In this document: positions 1 to 11,945 of the stretch, piece by piece | How the letters are laid out: every line of letters begins with the position of its first letter | Numbering within the stretch: the first letter of the stretch is position 1 | DNA from: Rozella allomycis CSF55 | Taxonomy: Eukaryota | Length of the DNA: 64,000 bases | Assembly (NCBI GenBank): GCA_000442015.1 | Contig: KE561071.1 | Span: forward strand, 62,001 to 126,000 | Direction: 5' to 3' | The notes under the pieces: model-generated | The model's input: the letters and a program-made list of their open reading frames with translations, nothing else | Told to the model about the DNA's origin: nothing | Databases searched by the model: none | Translations under genes and position numbers: made by a program

Positions 1-787
1 TACTAACGTATTGAGGGAACTCGTCCAGAAATACGACTGGTTTACGTTTCTTCTTCTTTAATATTTCCAGTAATTCATCTCTCCTAGCTGTCTTTCAACT
101 TTATCCTTATTAAGTAGCAACGCTCCAATAAAACCATAAACAAAGCCCTCCTTCAAACCTTTCTTCATTCTTTCCGCATCAAAATATGTCATCGTCTTCA
201 TGTCTGCTTTCAAACAATTTTCAAATACTCCTTGTCGATCGGCAAAAGCTTTGTAGATATCTTGCGAATTGTCACCACTATTAGAACATACAATATAAAG
301 AACCTGCAGTCCCTTCGCTTGCAGATTAAAAGCCATTTGTGTTTTTCCATGACCGGAAGATGCATTCATAAACACAAAAGGGGTCTTGCCTTCAAGAATG
401 CTTTCCATTTCAATGACTTTTTCATCTTTGGAGCATAGGAGAGCTCGTTGCCGATATTCCCTTAATGCTGAATTTTCTTTAGGATTTATTGAACATTCAA
501 AGATATCACTATATTTATCTTGACTTCTTATTTTCGTGACGAGTGAGCTGCTTATGTACCCATATTCTTCACGAATATCTTTTATTATTTGTTCAATGCT
601 AGAGTTATATGCTTTGCTTTCAGTTGGAGTAGCGACCATAGAATTCTCCATCCTTACTTTCTTCCGCCCAAAATCTTGAGTAGCTGTTGTTTTTGAACTA
701 CTTTCAGATTCTATTCTTTTTCCTGTCTTTGGAGCTTTATTCTTTTGTCTATTTTTGCTCTTTGGTTTCTTTTCAGTCTTTAACATA
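1..787 (-). pseudogene. Crinkler (CRN)-like P-loop NTPase-domain protein, frameshifted, runs off the window edge
   Basis: Walker A-like PFVFMNASSGHGKTQMAFNL. The ORF stops at 58, but the adjacent frame continues ...KKRKPVVFLDEFPQ (Walker B-like), implying a 1-nt frameshift near 92-95. Start uncertain (N at 867). Confidence 0.55.
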
Positions 788-1400
788 TTTTCGGTCTTCA
801 ATTTTTTTAAAATCTTTGTTTTTGTAACATTTTCATTTCGTTCCTGTTGAGAATTCGCCCCGCTACNAAACAAATTTTAGATTTGAAAGCGTAGGCGGAG
901 CAGGGCACCTTGAAACAGGCCCTTAGGAGGGTCAAACAAAGGCTTTTTTGTAAAATGCTGTTTGTAGTAGGGCATTTTATTTGGTTCTAAGAGGTCAAAA
1001 CCTCCCGGGAGNATAACTTTCCTTTAGGCTTTAATTTCCTTTTTGATCAACAATTCATGTGGATAGGCCTCCTGATTCAGATTTAGCATCCAACTGGAAA
1101 ATGACGATTACTTTTTATAGATTAATCGATTTTGTACCTTTTGCTTTGTGATACCTTTTTTCAGATGAGAACACTGGTGTTGCTTTGAATAAAGCTCCAG
1201 ATCCAAACAATGACTCGCAGTCGCTCCTATCCATATTCAATCAAATTGGTGGGTATCCGCAATATTGTTAATACTCGTAAACCTTGAAATTATTGAAAGA
1301 TTGTTCAATATGCCTTAGGTTAATAAATCGAGTGTTTTTTTCGAGCTCATAGCGCTCACTTTCCACCACTTCATCGATAGCTTAAATAAGCTTTCTGATT

Positions 1401-2045
1401 ATGCTTTGGAAACACAGAAACGCAATGAACAAGTTGTAAGTATTACGGTTTGTGTATATAGCTTCTTGACCTACTTTCTATTTCAAATCCCATGGATCCT
1501 ACTTGTACAAACACAGGCTCTGTTTCCAACGCATTGGTTCCCAAGTTCGATAAGACTGATGCATGACAGCTATGTAAACAATTCAAGCGATCCATTCCTT
1601 ATGAAAAGTCCAATGTGGTTCCAGTTTTTTGTTTTGACCGAATTGCTGTTTCAAATTCCGTGTCTGGTTGTGTTAAGCAGACTATCAAGGGATGGTAAGA
1701 TTTAATGATTCTGATTAATAAGGAAAGGATTTGAATGTTTGGGGAGTAATGTATGGACCGCACAAGTTGACCACTTTGGTACCTGTTATTGGAGAACTGG
1801 TGACTTATTATCCTAAATTTTTGACTACATCGTCAATTTGCGTATTATTTCTAAACTATGGGCTGCAATGGTTTGTTTCATTACTTGTTCTTTTGGATAG
1901 TTTTGAAAAATCAGGTGCAATGCTTCATTTGAAAAGCGGTAAGAAAAAGTTGGTTGTTATAAATAACCCTGAAATGCGAAAGAAGCAAGTAATTGAAGGA
2001 TCAGAAGAGGGTACAGAAAGTGAGAATTACAGCCCTGAAGAATGA
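1401..2045 (+). CDS. TMEM97/EXPERA-domain membrane protein
   Basis: DPFLMKSPMWFQFFVLTELLFQIP motif and several TM segments. ATG at 1401, GT-AG introns at 1436-1461 and about 1695-1721. Confidence 0.7.
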
Positions 2046-2090
2046 GATGCAGTAAATAAAAATGTTTAGCATCAAAATTATTTAATATTA

Positions 2091-3703
2091 TTATTTATTT
2101 ATGATTAAAATGTCGTTATGTTTAAAGTTTCCGTATGATGAGATTTGAAAGTGATCACAATCCAATTCAACCAGTTCATTGGCTTCAACAGAGTTGATTG
2201 AAATATTTTTAATTTCTATTTTCAACAATTTTTGCAAAAGCAATTTTAATTTTGAAATTGTTAAATTTTTAGGGAACTTTTTCTTTAGAGAAATCTTATT
2301 GCCGCGGATTTCAAATTCAATAAAGTTTGACGCTAAATTAGATTTAGAAGATTCTGATTGAATTTTTTGTAATTCTATTTCGTGTTCTATTTGAGTAGTT
2401 AAATTTATTGCTACTTGAACAGAGTTCTTTAAGTCGTGGATTTTCTTTAATTATTTCTTCAAGACTCTCAGATCTTTGTAATTGTTTGTTGACGTAATAT
2501 CTTTCAAAGTTTAATCTATTATCTTTTGTAATTGAAGATCCATTAAATTTTTCAAGTCCAGCAATTCTTCCAACCGCTTCAATCAGAAGATTGCTTTTAA
2601 ATTCCACGCAAAAAGGGTTTCCACCAATTCTCAACTCTTTCAACTTTTTCATTTTGCTCAATTCATTCAGAATTCCAATCTCATTTTATTTTTAGAAACA
2701 AATTACTTTATCAAATTTATTAGCATTCAAATTCAGAGTTTCAAGATTCAGAAATTCAACTCCTTCTTCAACAACATCACAAAATTGATTGTTGTTTAAC
2801 TTTAAGCATTTTAAACTGCAATAAATTTACACAAAATTGAATACCTTGGCAATTTAGCCAACTGAGAAATATTCTTCCAGTCAGTGAACGAATTATGCTC
2901 CAAGTTTAAAACTTTTAAATGCCTAAGCTTATTTGTTAAATCCTCATTTAAATCTTTCAATTCATTAAACGCCAATGATAATTCTTCCAAACATGGCATT
3001 GATTCTTCTATTAACAGAAACTCTGGCCAAGTTAAAAATGTATGATTCAGCGATACGACTTTTAAATTTTCAAACTTTACATTTTTAATACATTCGTCAA
3101 TGTAAAATCTATTTAAACTTTTAAACCTACAGTTATATATTACTTTAGCCTAAGTGTATCTAATTTGGAAAGACAATGTAAATTTAAGACTTCATTCCAT
3201 GAAGCAATAAGATTTTTAGATAAATCAATTTCCCTAACTGATTGTAACTTCTCCTGTATTTCTTCAGGATTATCGATTTCAGAGATTGAATAATCAGAAA
3301 TCCCAATTTCTTCCAAACTTTCCAATCTAGTTATTTTATTTTCAATTTTTTTAAATCCAACAGTCTCAACCATAATGTTGCTTCCTCCAAAAGCAATTAG
3401 CCCTTGATCGTAAATTTCATCACTAGCCGAATATTTTTCACTCAGCGCTGCAAGAAAAGAGGTGCCAAAATTTGCATTGTTAATGAATTTATCATTCATC
3501 TTTACAAATGACCCACAGTTGGCAACTTTGGGATTGAAGTACTTTACGCCGTTGTGTTCTCCATTATGTTTTCCGCGTTCCAAATCATCCCATTCTATCC
3601 CTAGCCATGTTCCCTCAACATTTTCTAAATTGCCTTGAAATAAGATCGTTCCTTTATATCTGTTCTCTATACAAAATCTTTTCCCTACCAGACTACCATT
3701 CAT
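2091..3703 (-). CDS. TBCE: Tubulin-folding cofactor E (CAP-Gly, LRRs, C-terminal UBL), multi-exon
   Basis: CAP-Gly WLGIEWDDLERGKHNGEHNGVKYF; LRRs (IDLSKNLI, LSLAFNEL, LRIGGNP); ERYY motif. Confidence 0.9.
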
Positions 3704-3796
3704 GAAAATTCATAATTAAATTATTGGAGAATTACGTCGAATGTGAACAAAAAGATTCACGTCCTTGGCAACAAAACAACATATTCTCGTACCTAA

Positions 3797-4416
3797 ATGT
3801 CATATCCTTCTAGTCCTTTTAAATTTGACAATATTCCACTGAACGGTAGAATAAATGGTCATGGAGAATACCATTTCCCAACAGGAAATGTATATGTAGG
3901 AAATTTTGTAGATGGACAGTTTCATGGCCACGGAACAGTACATCTCGCCAACAATGGTGGAAAATTTGTTGCAGAATGGGACAATGGCGTTATAGTTAAA
4001 GGCACATTTATTTTTCCAGATGGTTTAATCTACAGTCCAGATTATGAACAGGAAAATTTCGAGGCAATCATGTTAGATTCGCGCAAAGAGGGACAAGACT
4101 TTACATTGCCTGTTAATGAATCATGGGATTACTGTACTGCAAAAGACAGAAGATTCTATAGCGAACGAATATCGTCAATTAACCCTGCTGGTAATTGGTA
4201 TTTGCATTTTTAAAAGGTAAATGCCAAGTGGTCGACAAGTTACCGCCAAAAGAAATTCCAAGCGGACTTTTTGATACAGGCGACGGGTTTTACAGTCCAA
4301 ATGAAAACAGTGTTTATGATTATCAAAATGAAAAAGTTATCCGCAAGGTTGGATTGGAAGAAGATATGTGGATCAAGGAACATTGTCGAAAGAGCGCAGA
4401 TACATTAGAAATATAA
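3797..4416 (+). CDS. MORN5: MORN repeat-containing protein 5 (ciliary)
   Basis: MORN repeats (YVGNFVDGQFHGHG), WDYCTAKDRRFYSE and FDTGDGFY motifs; one short intron near 4191-4217. Confidence 0.8.
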
Positions 4417-4451
4417 TTGCCAACAAAATAAAATATAAATGGGAAAGAAAT

Positions 4452-5452
4452 TTAATTTAATTTTCCATATATCTCATTAAAGGCTATTTTGTATCTTGCA
4501 ACATAGTCATCGCCATAGTATCTTTTCCTAGATTTTAAAAGCGTTTTAACAAATTCTCTCTCTGCTTCGCTCGTTAATGCAATGCTGAATTCTTTATTCT
4601 CACAAAACGAATCAACGTCAAATGCTTGTATCGCACTCAACGCTTCAATAACCGCGATTTCTACATCTTTTCCATACTTAATTCTCTTATTACGAACGAG
4701 TTGATGTAGCAAGGGATGTTTCTTTTTTCCAAGCACAAAATTTGGACTCGGCGAATGCGAAAAAGGTTTCACGAAATCATCGTCCTTTGCCCTTCCCAAT
4801 CTGACACGGTAGAAAATGCTATTCAAAAAATCTATTGGAATAACAGATTGATCACTTTTTCTGATGATAAAGTTTTGTGCATGAAGATCGGGAAGCTGAA
4901 GATATGAAGCCAAAACAAAGAATTTCACGATGGTCATTGTTTGATCAGANCCAAAACAAAGAATTTCACGATGGTCATGATTTGATCAGACGTAATACCG
5001 CTTTCGTAGATCAGGCTAAATGAATCAGGCTCTGCGTCGATAAATGGCTGTATTAATACCGTTCCTTCTACGCTATACACATTATCTTCTACTGCTTTTT
5101 CTTCAACATAATGTGGTACGTATTCAAGAGTAGTTTTTGCATTAGCTCTTCCGGACTTTGTCAATGTTCTCAAAGCAATCTCTGCGAGTTTTTCAAGCCA
5201 GACATCCTCTTCCTTCATAAATTTTACGATCCACTTGCGTCCGTCGCTGCTCTGGTAGAGGCCTTTTCTGTTAGCACCAGCCAAATCGTAATTGAGATCC
5301 GTCATCGTTGACAACTTTGGAATCTCCTTGTGATCATCAAAATCAAAATGGTCTTGCACAAGAGTGTCATTTTTGGATGCAACACCGATGCAAGTAACGG
5401 CAATTAGAATCGTCATTATGATTGCAAAGAGAAATAAAATATGTTTAGTCAT
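4452..5452 (-). CDS. Secreted atypical kinase-like protein (PI3/4-kinase/HipA-like fold), split by a contig join at N4950
   Basis: Hydrophobic N-terminus; GANRKGLY...KWIVKF; helix-C-like LEKLA; DLHAQN catalytic-loop-like motif; IPIDF. Removing the 40-nt duplicated overlap at the N fuses the two track ORFs. Confidence 0.6.
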
Positions 5453-5676
5453 TACTTGTGTTGATTATTGCTTTTCCGTCTTTATAGCATTGTTGCGTGA
5501 ATAATGCATGAACATCTAAAAATAGAACGACACTATAAATATAGATCAAGGCAAACATTTAAAAGACTTAGCATTTGAACTTCTTTTTTGAATAGCTTAT
5601 AAGAAGAAAGTGATTTCGCAGTGATCGTCACTAAAGTCCACATCATTTTTGACTTTACCAAAAGCTTAAATTTGAC

Positions 5677-6591
5677 ATGCGAGTATTACTATTTCTGGGC
5701 ATCACAGTCTTAGCAGCAGCGATTGCAAATAAGATAAAGGAATATTTAACCGCACATAAACAGGAGCATGAAGCATTTGACTTTGAACCTGACGATGGCA
5801 CCAATCATAAAGACCATAAAAAGTATGAGGATGAGAGTGACGAGAAAGACATGGAAAACTATTCGGGTGATGATGATCAGTCAAGGGATTCCATTGCNGA
5901 TGATCAGTCAAGGGATTCAATTGCTGTTAATGGAAGCAGCTCTGATGGTGGGGATGATCAACAATGTGTGCGGAAAAGACAAGTGGATGAAGTTGAGGAA
6001 GAGGGTTCTTATGATCAATCAAGCAATTCACGTAATGAAGAAATACCAATGCATGTCGATTCTGATGCAAATAACAATATCATTAATGCGACGCCAACTC
6101 CAGTACATGCTAGCGNGATGTACATGATACAAATTCAGAAAACCCGAACAGTGATAGTCATATTGTTGCCAACGAAAGTGAATCTGAGAAATCTAAAAGC
6201 ATTGAAGCGTCAATATATTCTGAGAATGACTCTTATATGAACATGCATGTAGTGGATGAAGACGACCATCCGGCTGAAGATGGATATCAAGAATATGTGC
6301 ACCATTCAGCAAGCTCCAATAAAGAAGAAGAAGTCTCCATTTCAACATTTACCAATGACATTGATGCCACCTCAAATGTAAGCCATGGTTCGAATGTAGA
6401 GCCAATCATTGTCAGAGATATTGAGACATCATTAAATGAACAGAACGAATCAATACATTCCCAGAATGATGAANAACGAATCAATACATTCACAGAATGA
6501 TGAAAGCGGCGATAATGAAAACAAAGAGATTTACGATTCGATTGAGAGATTGATTGATGAATGCAGTGAAGAGACCGATAGTGATTTCTAA
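5677..6591 (+). CDS. Secreted acidic, Ser/Asp/Glu-rich low-complexity protein
   Basis: Signal peptide MRVLLFLGITVLAAAIA; D/E/S/N-rich body; frame broken at N joins 5898, 6116 and 6474; AATAAA follows the stop. Confidence 0.6.
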
Positions 6592-6830
6592 TTAAATAAA
6601 AGCACTTCAGTATCGTTTTACATGACTTTGTTGTGATCCGATTATATAGTTTTTCAAGTCCTGTAAAAACACTTCATATTCAGCAAAGGACAAAGAATAT
6701 CATTACAACTTAGCGATAACAAATCAAATCATTAATTTTATTGGACTGAATTTAATTAAGAAAAAGAAAAATCTGAATTTTTACTGAAACAGGAAGGCGG
6801 ACCCCTGCAAGGACAATTTTCCAAATCGCA

Positions 6831-8989
6831 ATGCAGCGTGATGTGCATGAGCCGATACTATTTGAAGTTGCGTGGGAGGTAGCGAACAAAGGTAATTGGT
6901 ATATTTGTAGAAGAGTAGTTGGAGGGATATATACGGTGATAAAGACGAAGAGTCCGGTGACTGCGGAGGAGTATGGGAACCGATACTATTTGATTGGGCC
7001 ATTGTCAACAAAGAGTGCTGATTTGGAGGTGGAACGACTTGATATTGAAAGGGCGTGTGAGCCTGTTAAAGAGGCGCTGTATGCGATGAGGGAGCAGGGA
7101 ATTAATTTTGTGTATGGTCGATGGCTGATTGAGGGTAATTGGTGGTTATTGGAGTGATGAAGGGTATCCGACTGTGATATTGTTTGATGTGCATGGGACG
7201 ATGTATCGGTTGAATGAGTGGAAAAAGGATTTGTGGGAAAAGGCAGGGATACCATCTCCAACTGATGATTTTGAGATGAATGATTCGATAGTGTTTGGGT
7301 ATTTAGTTGCATGGTTTTTGGGTGAGGTAAGATGATTGATTAGTGTTGAGAGTGTGTGCATCGAGAAAGAAAGGCTGCGTTAATTGCGCATTTTCATGAA
7401 TGGTTGGCGGGAGTTGGACTTGTGTTGTGTAGAAACAGAGGATTGGAGATATGTACGATATTTACTACGCATGCAACGTTGTTGGGAAGATATTTGTGTG
7501 CTGGAGATGCAGATTTTTATAATCATTTGAAATATTTTGATGTTGATGTTGAGGCTGGAAAGAGAGGGATTTATCATCGATATTGTTTGGAAAGAGCAGC
7601 AGCGCATTGTGCAGATGTATTCACCACCGTTAGTCACATAACGGCGTTTGAAGCTGAAAATTTGTTGAAGAGAAAGCCCGATGGAGTTTTACCGAATGGA
7701 TTGAATGTAGTAAAGTTTAGTGCGATGCATGAATTTCAAAATTTGCATGCCAAGAATAAAGAAAAGATTCATGATTTTGTTAGAGGACATTTTTATGGGT
7801 AAAATTTAAAGAATGAATTAATGAAAGGCATTTTGATTTTGATTTGGATAATACTTTGTATTTCTTTTCAGCAGGAAGATATGAATTTAGAAACAAAGGG
7901 ATTGATATGTATTTAGAAGCGTTAGCAAGATTAAATAACAGTTTAAAACATTTCAATAGTCCAATGACTGTTGTGGCCTTCATTATAATGCCAGCTGCTA
8001 ATAATTCTTACACAGTTGAAACTCTAAAAGGCCAAGCTGTAACAAAACAATTAAATGAAACTGTTAATGAAATTGAATCTAAAATTGGCCAAAGAATGTT
8101 TCATTCTGCTGTGAGGTAATTTTTTTCTTTTTTCTTGATCTACAGGGGTCATATTCCAGATCCAAAAGATCTTTTTTCTGAACAAGATTTAGTGTTACTT
8201 AAAAGAAGGTACAGGGTTTAGTTAATATATTTTTAGAATTTTTGCATTGAAAAGAGATTGTCTTCCACCAATTGTAACGCATAATATGAAAGATGATTCA
8301 AATGATCCAATTTTAAAAGAAATTCGACGTTTAGGGCTTTTCAATCATCCATCAGACAGAGTCAAAGTTATTTTTCATCCAGAATTTTTAAATTCAAACA
8401 ATCCTGTTCTTCCTTTGGATTATGAAGATTTTGTACGTGGGTGCCATCTTGGTGTTTTCCCTTCTTACTATGAGCCATGGGGTTACACTCCAGCTGAATG
8501 CACAGTAATGGGCGTGTAAAGAAAATCTTTAATATTAATTCTAGTCCTTCCATAACAACAAACTTGTCTGGTTTCGGTTGTTTCATTGAAGAGTCTGTTG
8601 AAAACCCCTCCGATTACGGTTTATACATTATCGACAGAAGAATGAAATCTGTTGAAGATTCAGTTCAACAATTAACAGACACAATGCTTCAATTCTGTCA
8701 AAAAACAAGAAGGCAACGAATCATCTTGAGAAACAGAACTGAAAGATTATCAGATATCCTCGATTGGAATCGCATGGGTTTAGAATATGTTAAAGCTCGT
8801 GAATTGGCTCTTCACAGAAAATATCCTGAACTGTTTGAAGACAGCGACGATGAAATTGATCATTCAGTTCAAAAGATTCCAAGACCCTTGTCTACTCCTT
8901 CTTCTCCAAAACTCAAAAGCACATTCACAACAGAACAATTGGCTGAACAATTGTCTAATGAACTACAAGAACTTCAAACAAAGGTGTAA
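6831..8989 (+). CDS. GSY: Glycogen synthase (GT3)
   Basis: [17 protein letters not shown] after splicing; [27 protein letters not shown]-terminal RPLSTPSSP regulatory phosphosite region. Confidence 0.97.
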
Positions 8990-9239
8990 ATAAATAGTTA
9001 GCATCATTGTACCGTATTTTTTATCTCTTTTGACTAATAATATTAATATCTATTTTATCATATAATATTATTTTGCATTGATTTTAAACTATATCACATT
9101 TATTAATTTTCACCCATGACTATCGCCCAATTCGTAAATCCTTCCTCCAAATTTTTCACTTCAAAACAAAAAGTTCCAAAAAGACCTGCAATTACATTTC
9201 CTACTGTATCAGAAAATGAAATAACTGACAAATTCAAAN

Positions 9240-11112
9240 TAGCCATACTCAAACGGTAATCAAAACCAACACCACCCTCTTCCACTGGTCTACACAGCGT
9301 GGGCATCCCAGAAACATCCTCAGCAATTGTAATAGAAAACGGATAAAATTTATGAATCATGAAATTAGCCAACTTTAAATAATTGACAGCTTCATCATCT
9401 ACAAACTCGCCAAAATACTCTCTGTAATCTCCACTAAAGCCAAAATTGATTCCATGATGATGATAAAGCATGGAAGTGACTCCATCGAATCTAAAGCCAT
9501 CAAATTGGTATACTTCCATATAAAAACGTAAATTTGAAAGTAAAAATCTCAAAACCTCCCAATGATTGTAGTTGAACAATCGACTGTCCCAAAGATCATG
9601 ACGACCTCGGCCGCCTTCATGAAAATAACAATGATCAGTTCCATCAAATTCATTTAGACCATCCAACACATTTTTAGACGAATGGGAATGCACAATATCA
9701 AGCAGAACATACAAGCCATACTCATGAGCAGTGTCAATCAATTCCATCAATTCTTCAGGAGTTCCAAAGCGAGATGAACATGCGTAAAAGTTTGTGACTT
9801 GGTAGCCAAAACTCGCATAATACGCATGTTCCATTATGGCCATCAATTGGATACAGTTGTACCCCTGCTTTTTTATTCTAGGCAAAACTTCTCTAGTGAA
9901 ATCATTATAAGTCGATATTCCAGCTTTGGGGGTGCAGATTCCTACATGCGCCTCATAAATTCTCAAACTTTGTGGTTTTGCAGGCCTTTTGTTCTTGAAA
10001 GAATATTTTTGTTCAGGATTCCAAAATATTCCTGATTCATCCGTCTTATATAAATTACCTTCAAATAAGTGGCTTTTCGATTGATCTTGAACAGCCCTGG
10101 TAATGTANTGACACACTCAGGAAAATGAAAAGGCTGTTAGATAAATAAACTTCAAATTTCAATGGAATCTATATTTTTCAAGTTCGTAATGCAGTCACAT
10201 GAATCCTAAAATCGAAGTTGAAGGCGTGAAAACCTGGCTGTTGAAGCTAAAATAAATAGCCAAGTCTAGAGCTTCCTTATCGGGACCTATAAATTTNCAT
10301 CCTCCCTGGCTAGTCGATCCATGGCGACTCTTGAAACAGCAGGTATTTATACCTGAAAAATAAGGTTCAAAATCTTATTTTAAAGTTAGTTTCGTCAAGA
10401 TTCAAAAGTTAAATTAATATCAATACATCAAAGATCCAAAAATGATATTAATACAATAATTAGTTTTCAATGACGAAGTTAGTTTAAGAATTTAATATGA
10501 AAAACGTGCGCAACGCCATGATAGTATTGTTTAGTTGATGGCAGTGTAAAAATAGAGTAAGAAAGACTACTGAAGAATGGACAACGGTTTATTTATCAAT
10601 TGTAAATTTATAGGTCCCGATAAGGNCGTTTGGTTTTATCATTGATATCTATAAAATATAATTGAATTTAATACCTTCACTTTCGAATTGTGTGGAATTG
10701 CACACTTGCCATTTTCGGCCGGTACGTTAATCTCCCAGACGCCAAAATCGTCTCTTTTCATTGGGTGGGACTCTCTATTCCAATTGTTTACGACAGTTAA
10801 GGATAACGAATTTTAAGTAATAATAATAGACAAAAAGGATATTAAAATCACCAATGAGGTATGCTCTTGTGACACCAGGTGCCCATTCGCGATAAATAAC
10901 GCTATTATCAGGCTGTACATTGAAACCATAATATTTATAACCTCTACTGAATTTGTCCAATCCATGACCATGTTGTTCTATTTTATGCACCCAGTCATTG
11001 AAAAAGTTTTGTCTGTAAACAGCGAATCAAAATATTACCTTCTTTCAAGAACTCCAGAGTGGGGCTTTAGATAAGGGTCTTGGCATACAACTTCCAACTC
11101 TACGGCTGTCAT
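9240..11112 (-). CDS. GBE1: 1,4-alpha-glucan branching enzyme (GH13), C-terminally truncated and interrupted by contig joins
   Basis: [57 protein letters not shown] at 11112. The C-terminal portion is missing at N9239. Confidence 0.93.
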
Positions 11113-11197
11113 CTAGACTGTGGCTGAGGACAATTTGACAACTTTCCAAAACAATGGACATGCCTAAAACGATCATTAAACAAATTTTAATATTTTN

Positions 11198-11666
11198 CTA
11201 TATTGATAGTTTAAATTCTACAGACGAACAGCTGGTTGAAACCCTTCAAATAGCTTTAGCTCAAGTAGAGTCCAGCCTAGAAACAGAGTCTACACATGTT
11301 TGTGACTTTATGCCAGATCTAATTAATCAAGCAAACGACTATCAAAAGCAAGTTCAAGTTGATTTGACTATTCTTCATTCTCTAAAATCGCACGTGGCCA
11401 GAATCGCCTATTGGCAGAGATATCATTCAACAGTTCTTGATATTTGCATCCAAAAGAACTTTTACGACACACTTATTGACCAGCTTATCCATATAATCAA
11501 TATTAAAAACAGCTTATCTCTGCTCGATGTCCACTCACAAACTGCCTTTGACGATCTAGTATTAATCAAACGCAAAACAATCCAAAAAGTCGCACACCAC
11601 ACATTCGTACAAGACCACTACCTCAACATGATCGAATTTCTTTTCCACGCAATAAAATCTAAATAA
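11198..11666 (+). CDS. Hypothetical helical protein, 3' fragment after an N join
   Basis: Open frame from N11197 to a stop; no recognised motif. Confidence 0.35.
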
Positions 11667-11685
11667 TTTTAAACACAAATCTTTA

Positions 11686-11944
11686 TTAAGCGGGCGTCGT
11701 TATAGAACCGTATCTCGGCGTATTCGATTTCTGAATATCATTCTGCAGGAACACTATAATCATCGCAAATATCGTCGCTATCAGCACAAACGAAAACAGG
11801 TAGCACTTGTTGGAATGGAAGAACCGGGCACCAGGCGTCATCCTTTGCAGAACTGTTGGATGCGGAGTACACACCATTCTGTACATGCACGAGCGGTTGT
11901 CGAAATCTGGATCTCCGAATAGCAGCTCGACGTCCTCGTTGGGA
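11686..11944 (-). CDS. 3' fragment of a protein with a C-terminal TM helix
   Basis: Open frame after N11945 with hydrophobic YLFSFVLIATIFAMIIVFL; AATAAA overlaps the stop. Confidence 0.35.
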
Positions 11945-11945
11945 N

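Noticed and set aside
1013-1240. Possible small spliced minus-strand gene
   Set aside because: No consistent reading frame or recognisable motif could be built; it is truncated by an N.
3757-3772. RFX X-box upstream of MORN5 (cttggcaac)
   Set aside because: Only one half-site matches, and there is no convincing full site before CFAP47.
4452-4937. Two-gene operon-like overlap (4452..4937 and 4934..5452)
   Set aside because: Explained by the duplicated overlap at N4950; it is a single gene.
9103-9238. Novel C-terminus on the branching enzyme (track ORF 9103..10116)
   Set aside because: The ORF reads through N9239 into unrelated sequence, so it is an assembly chimera.
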